From positions 1,984,001 through 2,048,000 of the forward strand of contig CBDFLE010000005.1 of the NCBI GenBank assembly GCA_965248925.1: 64,000 nt of DNA, in the 5' to 3' direction. Positions 1-9,722 of this stretch are shown piece by piece. The position numbers and the translations under genes are program-made. How positions within the stretch are numbered: position 1 is the stretch's first letter; every line of letters begins with the position of its first letter. The notes under the pieces were generated by a model that searched no databases, was not told the origin of the DNA, and worked only from the letters and a program-made list of their open reading frames with translations. Source of the stretch: Candidatus Multivoradales bacterium. GTDB taxonomy: Bacteria; Acidobacteriota; Thermoanaerobaculia; Multivoradales; J023.

Positions 1-1
1 C

Positions 2-1603
2 AACCAGCTGGGCAGCAACCAGCTGTGGCGCAATCTCGGCGGCGGCCGCTTCGCCAACACTACCCAGGCCGCCGGGGTGGCCTTGGCCGAGCGCATCAGC
101 GTCAGCGCCGCCTTCGCCGATATCGACAACGACGGCGACCAGGACTTGTTCGTCACCACGGTCAAGATGGGCAACGTCTTGTATCGCAACGACGGTCGCG
201 GCCACTTCAGCAACATTACCGCCAGTGCCGGGGTGGGCTACGTCGGCCACAGTTCCGGCGCGTTGTTCTTCGACTACGACCGCGACGGCCTGCTCGACCT
301 GCTGGTCAGCAACGTCGGCGTTTACACCTCCGCCAAACAAGGCCGCGGCGGCTACTACATCGGCCTCGCCGACGCCTTCGGTGGCCACACCCTACCCGAG
401 CGCTTCGAGCGCAGCCTGCTTTATCGCAACTTGGGCGAGGGTCGATTTGCCGACACCAGCGAGCAAACCGGTCTGCTGGAAATGGGCTGGAATGGCGACG
501 TCACCGCTGTCGATCTCGATCGCGACGGCTACCCCGAGGTCTACTTCACCAACATGCAGGGGGACGATCACTACTGGCACAACCAGGGTGGCAAGCGCTT
601 CGTCGAGCGCACCGCGGCGCATTTCCCCAAGACCTCCTGGGGCGCCATGGGGGTGAAGTTCTTCGATTTCGACAACGACGATCAGCTCGACCTGCTGGTC
701 ACCGACATGCACTCCGACATGGTCGACTTGGTGGGTCCCGAAGCAGAGAAAGAGAAATCAACCCGCGCCATGCTCGACGCCTGGCCCGCTTCTTATTTGG
801 GCGGCGGCAGCGAAAATATCTTCGGCAACTCCTTTTACCGCAACTTGGGTGAGGGCAAATTCGAAGAGATTTCTGACCGCGTAGGAGCCGAGAACTACTG
901 GCCCTGGGGCCTCTCCACCGGCGACCTCAACGCCGATGGCTGGCAAGACGTGTTCATCACCGCCAGCATGAACTACCAGTTCCGCTACGCCATCAACTCC
1001 CTGCTGTTGAACGAAAACGGCAAGCGCTTTCGCGACGCCGAATTCATCCTCGGCGTCGAGCCCCGCGCCGGCGAGCTGGCGGCCCTGTGGTTTGAACTCG
1101 ACTGCGCCGGCAGCGACTCCCAACACCAGCATTGCCTGGACGAAGCCAAAGCCGAACAGCCGGCCGAGCAGCTGCGCATCCTGGGCGCCTTGGGCAGCCG
1201 CTCCTCAGTGCTCTTCGACTTGGACAATGACGGCGATCTCGACATCGTTACCAACGAGTTCAACTCGCCGCCCCAGGTACTGGTCAGCGACCTGGCGGAG
1301 CAGAGCGATATCCACTACTTGAAGATCGCCCTTGAAGGCACCCGCTCCAACCGCGACGGCCTCGGCACCCGCGTGGTGCTGCACTTCGGCAAACGCCGCC
1401 TGACCCAGGTCCACGACGGCAAATCCGGCTATCTGTCGCAGAGCGCCCTTCCTCTTTACTTCGGTCTGGGCGCCGCCCAGCGCATCGACAAGATCGAAGT
1501 CCACTGGCCCTCCGGCGCGGTGCAGCAGCTCGGCGCGACCGACAAGATCAACCAGTTGCTGCTGATCCGCGAGCCGGGACCGACGGCAGCCGAAGACAAG
1601 TGA
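2..1603 (+). CDS. CRTAC1-family FG-GAP/VCBS repeat protein with C-terminal ASPIC/UnbV domain (5' end outside window)
   Basis: Repeated DxDxDGxxD motifs; C-terminal 'SNRDGLGTRV...GYLSQS...LYFGLG...IEVHWPSG' is typical of ASPIC/UnbV; frame is open from base 2. Confidence 0.88.
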   Translation, partial: NQLGSNQLWRNLGGGRFANTTQAAGVALAERISVSAAFADIDNDGDQDLFVTTVKMGNVLYRNDGRGHFSNITASAGVGYVGHSSGALFFDYDRDGLLDLLVSNVGVYTSAKQGRGGYYIGLADAFGGHTLPERFERSLLYRNLGEGRFADTSEQTGLLEMGWNGDVTAVDLDRDGYPEVYFTNMQGDDHYWHNQGGKRFVERTAAHFPKTSWGAMGVKFFDFDNDDQLDLLVTDMHSDMVDLVGPEAEKEKSTRAMLDAWPASYLGGGSENIFGNSFYRNLGEGKFEEISDRVGAENYWPWGLSTGDLNADGWQDVFITASMNYQFRYAINSLLLNENGKRFRDAEFILGVEPRAGELAALWFELDCAGSDSQHQHCLDEAKAEQPAEQLRILGALGSRSSVLFDLDNDGDLDIVTNEFNSPPQVLVSDLAEQSDIHYLKIALEGTRSNRDGLGTRVVLHFGKRRLTQVHDGKSGYLSQSALPLYFGLGAAQRIDKIEVHWPSGAVQQLGATDKINQLLLIREPGPTAAEDK

Positions 1604-1679
1604 GCGACATCTAGATCAAAAACTAGCCTTCTCTGCGGTCTAAATCGGCTCTGTTTCTCGCGTTTAGTAGGTGAGCCCG

Positions 1680-3926
1680 ATGAAGATCTCCAAACAGCCT
1701 CTTGCCCATCTGGACGGAGAGCGTCCGCATTTCCTCGTCGACCACCTCGAAGCGGTCGGCGAGCTTGCGGCGCGCTATGCCGCGGTGTTTGGCGCCGCCG
1801 AGTTGGGGCGCCAGGCCGGACGCAGCCACGATCTCGGCAAAGTGCCGAAAGAGTTTCAACGCCGCCTCTATGGCGACCCTCGGCGCTTCGAGCACTCTAT
1901 CCACGGTGCCCAATACTGGATGCAGCCAAGCCGCCGCCACGGTGCCAGCCTGGTTCTCGCCGCGATGATCGCCGGCCATCACGCCGGCTTGCCCGATGTC
2001 GGTGCCGATGCCCTCGAGGGCCGTCCGCGCAACGGACTCAAGACCCGGTTGCTCAAAAAAGTCGACCTCGGCCCGGTGCTCAGCGCCCTGCCGCCAGGCT
2101 TTCTCGCCGAGCGCTCGCCGCTGCTACCGGCGCGGCTGACCCAGCACCAGGACGACCCGAAGGCCCTGCGGCGACAGCTAGAGACCTTCAGCCGTTTCTT
2201 GTTCTCCGCCCTGGTCGACGCCGACATCGTCGACACCACTGCTTTTGCCCACGGCGATGAACGTCGCCGGCTGGTGGCTAACTTCGCCCAGGTCGAGGAA
2301 CTTTCAGAGCGGCTTGATCACCATCTCGACCGGCTGGTGGCCCGCGCTACCCACAAGGGGGTATCCAAGGTCAATCGCCTGCGGGCCGAAGTTCTGGCCG
2401 CTTGCCGCGACGCTGCTGAGCTCCCTCCCGGCCTGTTCAGCCTCACCGTTCCCACCGGTGGTGGCAAGACCCTGTCGGCGATGTCGTTCGCCCTGCGACA
2501 TGCCAAACGCCACGGCCTGCGGCGGGTGATTACCGCCATCCCCTACACCAGCATCATCGAACAGAACGCCAAGATCTACATCGAGGCCCTCGGCCGCGAC
2601 CAGGTGATCGAGCATCACAGCGCCTTCGAGCCCGACAAGCTGGGCGATGAGGACGATGAACTGCGCCGCCGCCACGAGCTGGCGGCCGAAAATTGGGACG
2701 CACCAGTGGTGGTGACCACCAATGTGCAACTTTTCGAATCGCTCTTCGCCAATCGCACTTCGCGCTGCCGCAAGTTACACAACATCGCCCGCAGCGTGAT
2801 TCTGCTCGACGAGGCGCAGACGGTGCCCATCGAGCTGCTGTCACCGATCCTCGACATGCTGCGCGAGTTGGTCGAGAACTACGGCTGTTCCGTGGTTTTC
2901 GCCACCGCCACCCAACCAGCCTTCGGCCAGCGCCGGGGCTTGCCCGAGGGCCTCGCCGACATTCGTGAGATTGCCCCCGATCCCACAGCACTGGCCCGCC
3001 AGCTCGCTCGCTACGAGGTGGAATGGCGTCTTGAGGAAATCGTTACCTGGCCAGAGTTGGCCGAGGAATTGACCGACTTGCCGCAGGTCTTGTGCATCGT
3101 CCACTCGCGGGCCGACGCGCAACTGCTCGCCGAAGCGTTGGCCGATCAAGGTCAAGATGCCGAAGCCGTCGTTCACCTGTCGGCGGCAATGTGTGGAGAA
3201 CACCGCAGCGAGGTTCTCGACCGAGTCAGGCAGCGGTTAGTAGATGGCCTACCCTGCCGTCTGATCTCCACCCAACTGATCGAGGCCGGAGTCGATGTCG
3301 ACTTCCCTGTCGTCTTTCGCGCCCTGGCCGGGTTAGAGAGCCTGATCCAGGCCGCCGGACGCTGCAACCGCGAAGGCAAGCTGCCTGGCCGCGGGGGTCG
3401 CTTTGTCGTCTTCAAAGCGCCCTCCAGACCGCCGCAGGGGGTGCCCCGGCAGGGCTTGGCGATCACCCAGGGGATGCGGCACCTCGCCGAGGGTGATCTC
3501 AACACCCACGATCCGGCGATAGTCGAAAGCTATTTCCGGCGCCTCTACAGCAGCACCAAGCGCGACCCCAAGGCGATTCAGGACTATCGCTCGCGGCTTG
3601 CCTTCGCCAGCGTTGCCCACTATTTCAAGATGATCGACAGCAGCTGGTCACAGCCACTAGTAGTGCCTTGGGGCAAGAGCGCCAAGGTGGTGGCGGAAAT
3701 CAAGCGCTGGGGGCCGAATCGCGATCGGCTACGCCGCTTGCAGCGCTACACCGTCAACGCCCCCCGCCGTCACCTCACCGAGTGGCTGGCTAGCGGCATG
3801 GTGGAGCCGGTCGGCGAGGTCGTTTTCGCGGTCAGCGAAATCGGCGCCGAAAAAATGTACTCACCCCGCTGGGGACTTTCGGGGTCTACGGACATAGGAC
3901 TCGATCCCGGCGCCTTGATGGTTTAG
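1680..3926 (+). CDS. cas3: CRISPR-associated HD nuclease/helicase Cas3 (type I-C)
   Basis: HD motifs HDLGK, EHS, GHH, DAD; helicase motifs PTGGGKT, DEAQ, QAAGRCNR; alternative GTG start at 1671. Confidence 0.96.
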   Translation: MKISKQPLAHLDGERPHFLVDHLEAVGELAARYAAVFGAAELGRQAGRSHDLGKVPKEFQRRLYGDPRRFEHSIHGAQYWMQPSRRHGASLVLAAMIAGHHAGLPDVGADALEGRPRNGLKTRLLKKVDLGPVLSALPPGFLAERSPLLPARLTQHQDDPKALRRQLETFSRFLFSALVDADIVDTTAFAHGDERRRLVANFAQVEELSERLDHHLDRLVARATHKGVSKVNRLRAEVLAACRDAAELPPGLFSLTVPTGGGKTLSAMSFALRHAKRHGLRRVITAIPYTSIIEQNAKIYIEALGRDQVIEHHSAFEPDKLGDEDDELRRRHELAAENWDAPVVVTTNVQLFESLFANRTSRCRKLHNIARSVILLDEAQTVPIELLSPILDMLRELVENYGCSVVFATATQPAFGQRRGLPEGLADIREIAPDPTALARQLARYEVEWRLEEIVTWPELAEELTDLPQVLCIVHSRADAQLLAEALADQGQDAEAVVHLSAAMCGEHRSEVLDRVRQRLVDGLPCRLISTQLIEAGVDVDFPVVFRALAGLESLIQAAGRCNREGKLPGRGGRFVVFKAPSRPPQGVPRQGLAITQGMRHLAEGDLNTHDPAIVESYFRRLYSSTKRDPKAIQDYRSRLAFASVAHYFKMIDSSWSQPLVVPWGKSAKVVAEIKRWGPNRDRLRRLQRYTVNAPRRHLTEWLASGMVEPVGEVVFAVSEIGAEKMYSPRWGLSGSTDIGLDPGALMV

Positions 3927-3928
3927 TC

Positions 3929-4627
3929 GTGCCCGAGGAGGAACTCGTATTGCTCAACAGCCGAAGCCCAATTCTGAAACTCCGCGCCCGCGGTCCCCTG
4001 GCCTGCTTCACCCGCCCGGAGCAGAAGGTGGAACGGGTGTCCTACGAGGTGCCCACCCCCTCGGCGGTGCGCGGCTTGGTGGAGGCGGTGCTGTGGAAGC
4101 CGGCGATTCGCTGGCAGGTACGCCGCATCCACCTACTGAAACCGGTGCGGTTCATCGCCTTTCGCCGCAACGAGGTCTCCACCAAGGCAGCCACTCCCAA
4201 GCGCCAGCTGGTGCTCGAGGGCGGCCAGCCGCCGCGTTACTACGCCGACCAGGATCGAGCGCAGCGCAACACGGTGGCATTGCGCGATGTGGACTACGTC
4301 TTCGAGATCTTCATGACTCTGACGGGGCGCGCCGGCCCGGACGACAATCTGACCAAGTTCGTCAACATGTTCGAGCGCCGAGTACGCAAAGGGCAGCACT
4401 TTCATCAGCCCTACTTCGGCTGCCGCGAAATGGTCGCCGAGGTGTTGCCGGTGGATGCCACCACCCCGCCGTCGATCGGCAGCAGCCGCGATCTGGGGTT
4501 GATGCTGTGGGATATCGACTTCGGCAGCCACGCAAATACCGCGCGCTTCTTCCACGCTCGTCTGGAGCGAGGGATCGTCGAGGTGCCGGAAGATCCCGAA
4601 GCCACCCTGCTGGAGGTGGCCTCATGA
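3929..4627 (+). CDS. cas5c: Type I-C Cas5 (Cas5c/Cas5d), pre-crRNA processing
   Basis: 'ACFTRPEQKVERVSYEVPTPSAVRG' and 'QPYFGCRE' signature segments. Confidence 0.95.
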   Translation: MPEEELVLLNSRSPILKLRARGPLACFTRPEQKVERVSYEVPTPSAVRGLVEAVLWKPAIRWQVRRIHLLKPVRFIAFRRNEVSTKAATPKRQLVLEGGQPPRYYADQDRAQRNTVALRDVDYVFEIFMTLTGRAGPDDNLTKFVNMFERRVRKGQHFHQPYFGCREMVAEVLPVDATTPPSIGSSRDLGLMLWDIDFGSHANTARFFHARLERGIVEVPEDPEATLLEVAS

Positions 4628-6447
4628 TCCTGCAAGCTCTGCACGAGTACGCCAAGCGCGAAGGGTTGGTGGCCGATCCTGACTTCGAGCTCAAGCCGAT
4701 CGCCTTCATGATCGAAGTGTCGACCGATGGCAGTCGATTCACGATTCGCCCGACCTTCACCACCCCCACCGCGAAGCCCGGCAAGAAGCCGCCGCGGCCG
4801 GTCGCCACGACCTTCGCAGTACCACGGGAGCCCAGTCGCACCAGTGGCGCCCGCGCCTTTTTTCTCTACGACAAGGCCGAGTACGTTTTCGGACTCGACC
4901 CCGACGGCAAGCGCACAGCCGCCAAGCTGGCACAGCGCGCCGAGCTTTTTCGCCAGCGGGTCGCCGCCTGCGCCGCGACCACCGGCGACCCGGCGGTCGG
5001 CGCCATCCTGTGTCTACTCGAAGACCTGGCAGCGGGCCGACAGCAGGTCGAGCTGCCCGAGGACTGCGCCTCCAACTCGCTGTTTCAGTTCTTCTGGCAT
5101 GACGACATCGACCTGCCGGTCATCGAGCGTCCGGCGGTCAAGGACTACTGGCGCCAGCTGCGCCAGCAATCGAGCGCCGATAGCGAGGTGTGCCGGTGCT
5201 TGGTGAGTGGCGAGTTGGCACGGCCGGCCAAACGCCACGGCATGCTGCGCTACGTTCCCGGCGCCAGCACTTCAGGGGTGCCATTCGTTTCTTTCAACAG
5301 CTCAGCCTTCGAGAGCTACGGTTGGAAGGGCAACGAGAACGCGCCCATCTCGCAAGGGGTGGCCGACAGCTACGTTGCAGCTCTGCGCCGGTTGCTACAT
5401 CCGGCCCCACCCAATCCCAAGAATCCCAGCAACAACCTGGCGCCGCAAAACTACCGCCTGTCCGGTGACACCGTAGTCGCCTTCTGGACCCACAACCCTG
5501 CCGGCGATGTGATCCTCGGCCTACTCGACGCCCAGCCCGAGGAGGTTGGAGCCGTCTATCGATCGGTGTGGCAAGGCAAAGCACCACAGCTCGACGGACC
5601 CGAAGACTTTTTCGCCCTCACCTTGACCGGCGCCCAGGGCCGGCCAATCACCCGCGGTTGGTTCCGTTCGACAGTAAGTGAAGTTCTCCATCACCTGGCC
5701 ACCCATTTCGGCGACCTCGACTTGGTGCGCCTGACGCCACCGCCAAAGAAAGGTGGCCACCCGCCGGCCTACCCATTGCGTCAAGTTCTGCGCGCTCTGG
5801 CACCCCTCGGCAAGAGCGATCAGGTACCGGCAGCACTGGGTCAGCAGATCTTCCAGGCAGCGCTCGGCGGCACCCCCTACCCCTTCTCGGCCTTGCAGCG
5901 CGCCGTGCTGCGCGAACGCGCTGAGATTTCCCGCGATGGCTGGACCGACCTCGACCGTCGCGACGCCCGCCGAGCATTGATCAAGGCAATCCTTGAGCGC
6001 CGCCGCCGCCTCGGCAAGAACCTTCAAACCTATCCGGAGCTAAAGAAAAAGATGGACCCACAAAACACCAGTCCCGGCTACCTGCTCGGCCGTCTGATGG
6101 CGGTGATCGAACGGTTGCAGCAAGAGGCCCTCGGTGACGTCAACGCCTCGGTGGTCGACCGCTTCTTCGGTTCAGCCTCGGCAACTCCCGCGGCGGTTTT
6201 CCCGCGGTTACTAAAGAACGCCCGCCATCACGCCCGCAAGGCCAAAGACACCAGCCGCAAAGGCTTCACAATCCATCTCGAAAGATTGCTCGATCAGATT
6301 GCCGATCGCTTTGATCCTGCCGATGGTTTTCCAAGCGCTCTCGACTTGGAGTCGCAGGGACTATTCATGCTCGGCTATCACCAACAACGCAAAGACTTCT
6401 TTACCAAAAAAGAGACAACCACCGATTCCGCCACCGCGGACGCTTAG
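4624..6447 (+). CDS. cas8c: Type I-C large subunit Cas8c/Csd1
   Basis: ATGA overlap with cas5; starts MILQALHEY; contains 'CLVSGE', 'SFNSSAFESYG', 'YLLGRL' and 'QGLFMLGYHQQ'. The ORF-track start at 4093 is an over-extension. Confidence 0.93.
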   Translation: MILQALHEYAKREGLVADPDFELKPIAFMIEVSTDGSRFTIRPTFTTPTAKPGKKPPRPVATTFAVPREPSRTSGARAFFLYDKAEYVFGLDPDGKRTAAKLAQRAELFRQRVAACAATTGDPAVGAILCLLEDLAAGRQQVELPEDCASNSLFQFFWHDDIDLPVIERPAVKDYWRQLRQQSSADSEVCRCLVSGELARPAKRHGMLRYVPGASTSGVPFVSFNSSAFESYGWKGNENAPISQGVADSYVAALRRLLHPAPPNPKNPSNNLAPQNYRLSGDTVVAFWTHNPAGDVILGLLDAQPEEVGAVYRSVWQGKAPQLDGPEDFFALTLTGAQGRPITRGWFRSTVSEVLHHLATHFGDLDLVRLTPPPKKGGHPPAYPLRQVLRALAPLGKSDQVPAALGQQIFQAALGGTPYPFSALQRAVLRERAEISRDGWTDLDRRDARRALIKAILERRRRLGKNLQTYPELKKKMDPQNTSPGYLLGRLMAVIERLQQEALGDVNASVVDRFFGSASATPAAVFPRLLKNARHHARKAKDTSRKGFTIHLERLLDQIADRFDPADGFPSALDLESQGLFMLGYHQQRKDFFTKKETTTDSATADA

Positions 6448-6464
6448 ATTCAAAGGAATATCCC

Positions 6465-7385
6465 ATGAGCCCTAACAACGGACACCCGATCCCCAGCCGC
6501 TACGACTTCGTCCTCCTCTTCGACGTAAAAGACGGCAATCCCAATGGCGACCCCGACGCCGGCAATGCCGCCCGCGTGGATCCGGAAACCCAACATGGCC
6601 TGGTCTCAGATGTCGCCCTGAAACGCAAGATCCGCAATTTTGTCACCCTGGACAAGACCGACTTCGACAGCGCCGAGCCGGCATCCGGTTACGACATCTA
6701 CATCAAGCATCGCGGGGTACTCGAGCAGCAGCATCTGGCGGCCTACAAAGCGCTGGAACTCGATCCCAAGGCCAAAGGCAAAGACAAGGCATCCTCCAAT
6801 GTCGACCAGGCTCGGCGGTGGATGTGCCAGACCTTCTACGACGTGCGCACCTTCGGCGCGGTGATGTCCACCGGCATCAACTGCGGCCAGGTCCGCGGTC
6901 CGGTGCAGCTGACTTTTTCGCGTTCCGTCGATCCAATCTCTCAGCTCGAACAATCGATCACCCGCAAGGCGGTGACGACCCAGAAAGAAGCCGACAAGCA
7001 GATCGAAAAGCACGGCATGGTCACCGGCACCATGGGGCGCAAAGAGATCGTGCCCTACGGTCTCTACCGCGCCCACGGCTTCATCAGCCCGCACTTGGCG
7101 CGGGACACGGGATTCAACCAAGCCGATCTCGACCTGCTGTGGCGCGCTTTGGAGATGATGTTCGAACACGACCGTTCGGCCAGCCGCGGCGAGATGGCGA
7201 CCCGCAAGCTGGTGGTGTTCGAGCATCAGAGCCCGCTCGGCAATGCACCGGCCCACCGCCTTTTCGAGCGCGTCACCGCCCAACGCGCCGACCCGGCCAA
7301 GCCACCGCGAGCCTACGGTGACTACCAAATCTCCGTTGACTCGAGCGACCTGCCCGCCGGCATCACCCTGCACGAAAGACTGTGA
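6465..7385 (+). CDS. cas7c: Type I-C backbone Cas7/Csd2
   Basis: 'RYDFVLLFDVKDGNPNGDPDAGN', 'FYDVRTFGAVM', 'GQVRGPVQ'. Confidence 0.96.
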   Translation: MSPNNGHPIPSRYDFVLLFDVKDGNPNGDPDAGNAARVDPETQHGLVSDVALKRKIRNFVTLDKTDFDSAEPASGYDIYIKHRGVLEQQHLAAYKALELDPKAKGKDKASSNVDQARRWMCQTFYDVRTFGAVMSTGINCGQVRGPVQLTFSRSVDPISQLEQSITRKAVTTQKEADKQIEKHGMVTGTMGRKEIVPYGLYRAHGFISPHLARDTGFNQADLDLLWRALEMMFEHDRSASRGEMATRKLVVFEHQSPLGNAPAHRLFERVTAQRADPAKPPRAYGDYQISVDSSDLPAGITLHERL

Positions 7386-7857
7386 ATCCTTGAGCCCCTA
7401 TCCCGAGGACGCCCTGCTGCCGATCTCGGCCTTGCAGCACCTGATCTTCTGCGAGCGGCAGTGCGCGTTAATTCACCTGGAGCGGCAGTGGGCCGACAAC
7501 GTGCTCACCCTAGAAGGCTCGTTGCAACACCGCCGGGTCGACCGCGACGGGCCCAGGCTAGAACAGCAGGGGGAGCTGCGCATCGCCCGATCCATGGCCT
7601 TGCGCAGCCTGCGCTGGGGGCTGACCGGCTATGCCGATGTAGTTGAGTTGCATCCCGAGCCGGAGGGTGCTCGGCTAGCGGGTCTCAAGGGCCGCTGGCG
7701 ACCCCTGCCCGTAGAGCACAAGCGGGGACGGCCCAAGGCTGGCGACGCCGACCGGGTGCAGCTTTGCGCCCAAGCTCTGTGCCTGGAAGAGATGCTCGAA
7801 GTCGAGGTTTCGAGCGGCGGAATGTGTCAATGAAAGTGAGACACTTTCTTCTGGGAA

Positions 7858-8979
7858 TTAGTACGGAATCGGTAGTGGCTCCGGCACCATCGCTTTCAGC
7901 GAGGGCGCGCAGCCAGGGGTCTCGCCTGGTGCGTCGTTGTGTACGCGGTGTGTCACTACGTTCTCGGTATCGACTGGGTCAGTGCTGGCGGCGGTGGTCG
8001 GCGGGTTGATCCAGACCTTGTCACTGGGCTCCGGCAAAGCCGGCGCTCGCCGCTTGAAGCGGCTTGGATGAGCGGCTGAGGCGGCGGCGAGGACTTCTCG
8101 ACGTTGCTCCAGTACTGAGGCCGTGAGGCCGTAGTGGACGGTCTCTGGCGTCAACAAGCCGAGTCCTGTGTGGTAGTGCTGCGTGTTGTACCAGCCGATG
8201 AACGAGCGGCAGAATGCTCGTGCATCTTCCAGTGATCCGAAGCGGTCGGGAAAGCTCGGATGGTACTTGAGCGTCTTGAACTGGGCCTCAGAGAACGGAT
8301 TGTCGTTGCTCGTGTAGGGCCGGTTCAGCGACCGTGTCATCCCGAGATCGGCCAGCAGTAGAGCCACTGGCTTGGATGTCATGCTCGAACCGCGGTCCGA
8401 GTGCAAGGTAAGTCGATCTCGCTCAACACCTTGCTTCTCAACACTGTCGGCGATCAACCGCTTCGCGAGCCCTCCGGACTCGCGGCAGGCGAGCATCCAG
8501 CCGACGATGTAGCGGCTGAAGACGTCCAGAATTACGTAAAGGTAGTAGTGGGTCCACTTCACCGGGCCCTTGAGCTTGGTGATGTCCCACGACCACACCT
8601 CGTTCGGCCCTGTGGCCAGCAGTTCGGGCTTGGTGTAGTTGGGATGACGCCGCTGACGGCGTCGCTCGCGCAGCTCGCCCTCAGACTCCAGGACCCGGTA
8701 CATGGTGCGCACCGAGCAGATATGGCGCTGATCCTCGTCCAGCAGCGCCGCCCAGACTTGACGCGGCGAGCGGTCGACGAAGCGCTCCGAGTGCAACACA
8801 TCGAGGACCTCCTGGCGTTCAGCGGGCGTCAATGCCAGCGGCGGTCGAGGCCGCGTTGATAGCTGCGGCCCTGCGCTCTGCTGCCGACGGCGGCGATAGA
8901 AAGTGGCTCTGGGGACCGCCAAGGCGACGCAGGCTGCTTGCACCCCCACCGTCTCGGCCAGCGGCGCCACAGCGCTCAT
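7858..8979 (-). CDS. IS3-family transposase OrfB (DDE integrase core)
   Basis: 'WSWDIT', 'ILDVFSRYIVGW', 'HSDRGS', 'NDNPFSEAQFKTLK'. Confidence 0.93.
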   Translation of the reverse strand: MSAVAPLAETVGVQAACVALAVPRATFYRRRRQQSAGPQLSTRPRPPLALTPAERQEVLDVLHSERFVDRSPRQVWAALLDEDQRHICSVRTMYRVLESEGELRERRRQRRHPNYTKPELLATGPNEVWSWDITKLKGPVKWTHYYLYVILDVFSRYIVGWMLACRESGGLAKRLIADSVEKQGVERDRLTLHSDRGSSMTSKPVALLLADLGMTRSLNRPYTSNDNPFSEAQFKTLKYHPSFPDRFGSLEDARAFCRSFIGWYNTQHYHTGLGLLTPETVHYGLTASVLEQRREVLAAASAAHPSRFKRRAPALPEPSDKVWINPPTTAASTDPVDTENVVTHRVHNDAPGETPGCAPSLKAMVPEPLPIPY

Positions 8980-9389
8980 GGCTGGCTCTCGCTCGGCTCG
9001 ATCCCTAGCAGCCGGGAAAGTTTTTTTTGGACATCGATGATCGTCTCGGCTTTGTACAGCTGATGCTTGAGCCGGGCATTCTCACGCTCAAGCTCCGCGA
9101 CGCGGCGGGCCTCGGCAGAGACCGGTCGACGCTTGCGACCGCGCTTCTTCGACAGACCGGCCAGAGCACTGGCATCGCGTTGCTGGCGCCACTTCGATAG
9201 GAGTGAGGAATACAGACCCTCCCGGCGAAGCAGGGCGCCAATCTCGCCGGCTTTGCTACAGGCGTCGGCGGCCTGGACGATGCTCAGCTTGTACGACGCG
9301 CTGTACCGCCGCCGCTTCGCCTTCTCAGTTACCTCGGGATCTGGTCGGTCAGCACTCATATCTCGCAGCTCGTGGCTTGGACTCGCCAT
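8976..9389 (-). CDS. IS3-family transposase OrfA (HTH plus leucine zipper); A8 slippery run at 9021-9028 allows a -1 frameshift into OrfB
   Basis: 'RRRYSASYKLSIV...LRREGLYSSLLSKWR...ELERENARLK'; the -1 frame is open from the A-run to the OrfB ATG. Confidence 0.88.
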   Translation of the reverse strand: MASPSHELRDMSADRPDPEVTEKAKRRRYSASYKLSIVQAADACSKAGEIGALLRREGLYSSLLSKWRQQRDASALAGLSKKRGRKRRPVSAEARRVAELERENARLKHQLYKAETIIDVQKKLSRLLGIEPSESQP

Positions 9390-9722
9390 GGTGTTTGCTC
9401 TCCACGCCCTCACTAATTTATCGGTACGGGAGTGTCTCACCTACATTGGCACAGAGGGCGGCGCACTGTATTACGGCAAGCCCCGCCGCCGCACCGAAGT
9501 GGACCTCGACGCCGATCTACGAGCGACCACCGCAGCTGCCTGCCAGCGCTTGCACGCGATGTTCCAGCGCGGCGAGACTCCTCGCGCCGAGCGCCAACCA
9601 AAGTGCCGCAGATGCTCTCTGCAAGAGCTGTGCATGCCCGACGCCCTCCATCCAGGCCGCTCGGTAGCGAACTATCTCGAGACCCTTTATGGCTGAGTTC
9701 CTCTCACCGCTGGAGTTCTTCG

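Larger units (their letters stand above)
7818..9458 (-). mobile_element. IS3-family insertion sequence, copy 1 (~1.64 kb) inside cas4
   Basis: Imperfect IRs TGTGTCAATGAAAGTGAGACACT (7823-7845) and AGTGTCTCACCTACATTGGCACA (9431-9453); 3-4 bp target duplication (G)CGG; near-identical to 22318-23958. Confidence 0.93.
7390..9696 (+). pseudogene. cas4: cas4 split by an IS3-family insertion (5' part 7390-7817, 3' part ~9462-9696)
   Basis: 5' part has ISALQH-FCERQ, ADVVE, VEHKRG, QLCAQALCLEEM; 3' part has ALYYGKPRRR and CRRCSLQELC. Removing the IS and one target copy restores the frame (..VSSG-ALYYG..). Confidence 0.93.

Noticed and set aside
9432-9722. Apparent N-terminal extension of Cas1 or a Cas4-Cas1 fusion
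   Set aside because: The upstream part is IS end and cas4 sequence in another frame; cas4 stops at 9696 and cas1 starts at 9723
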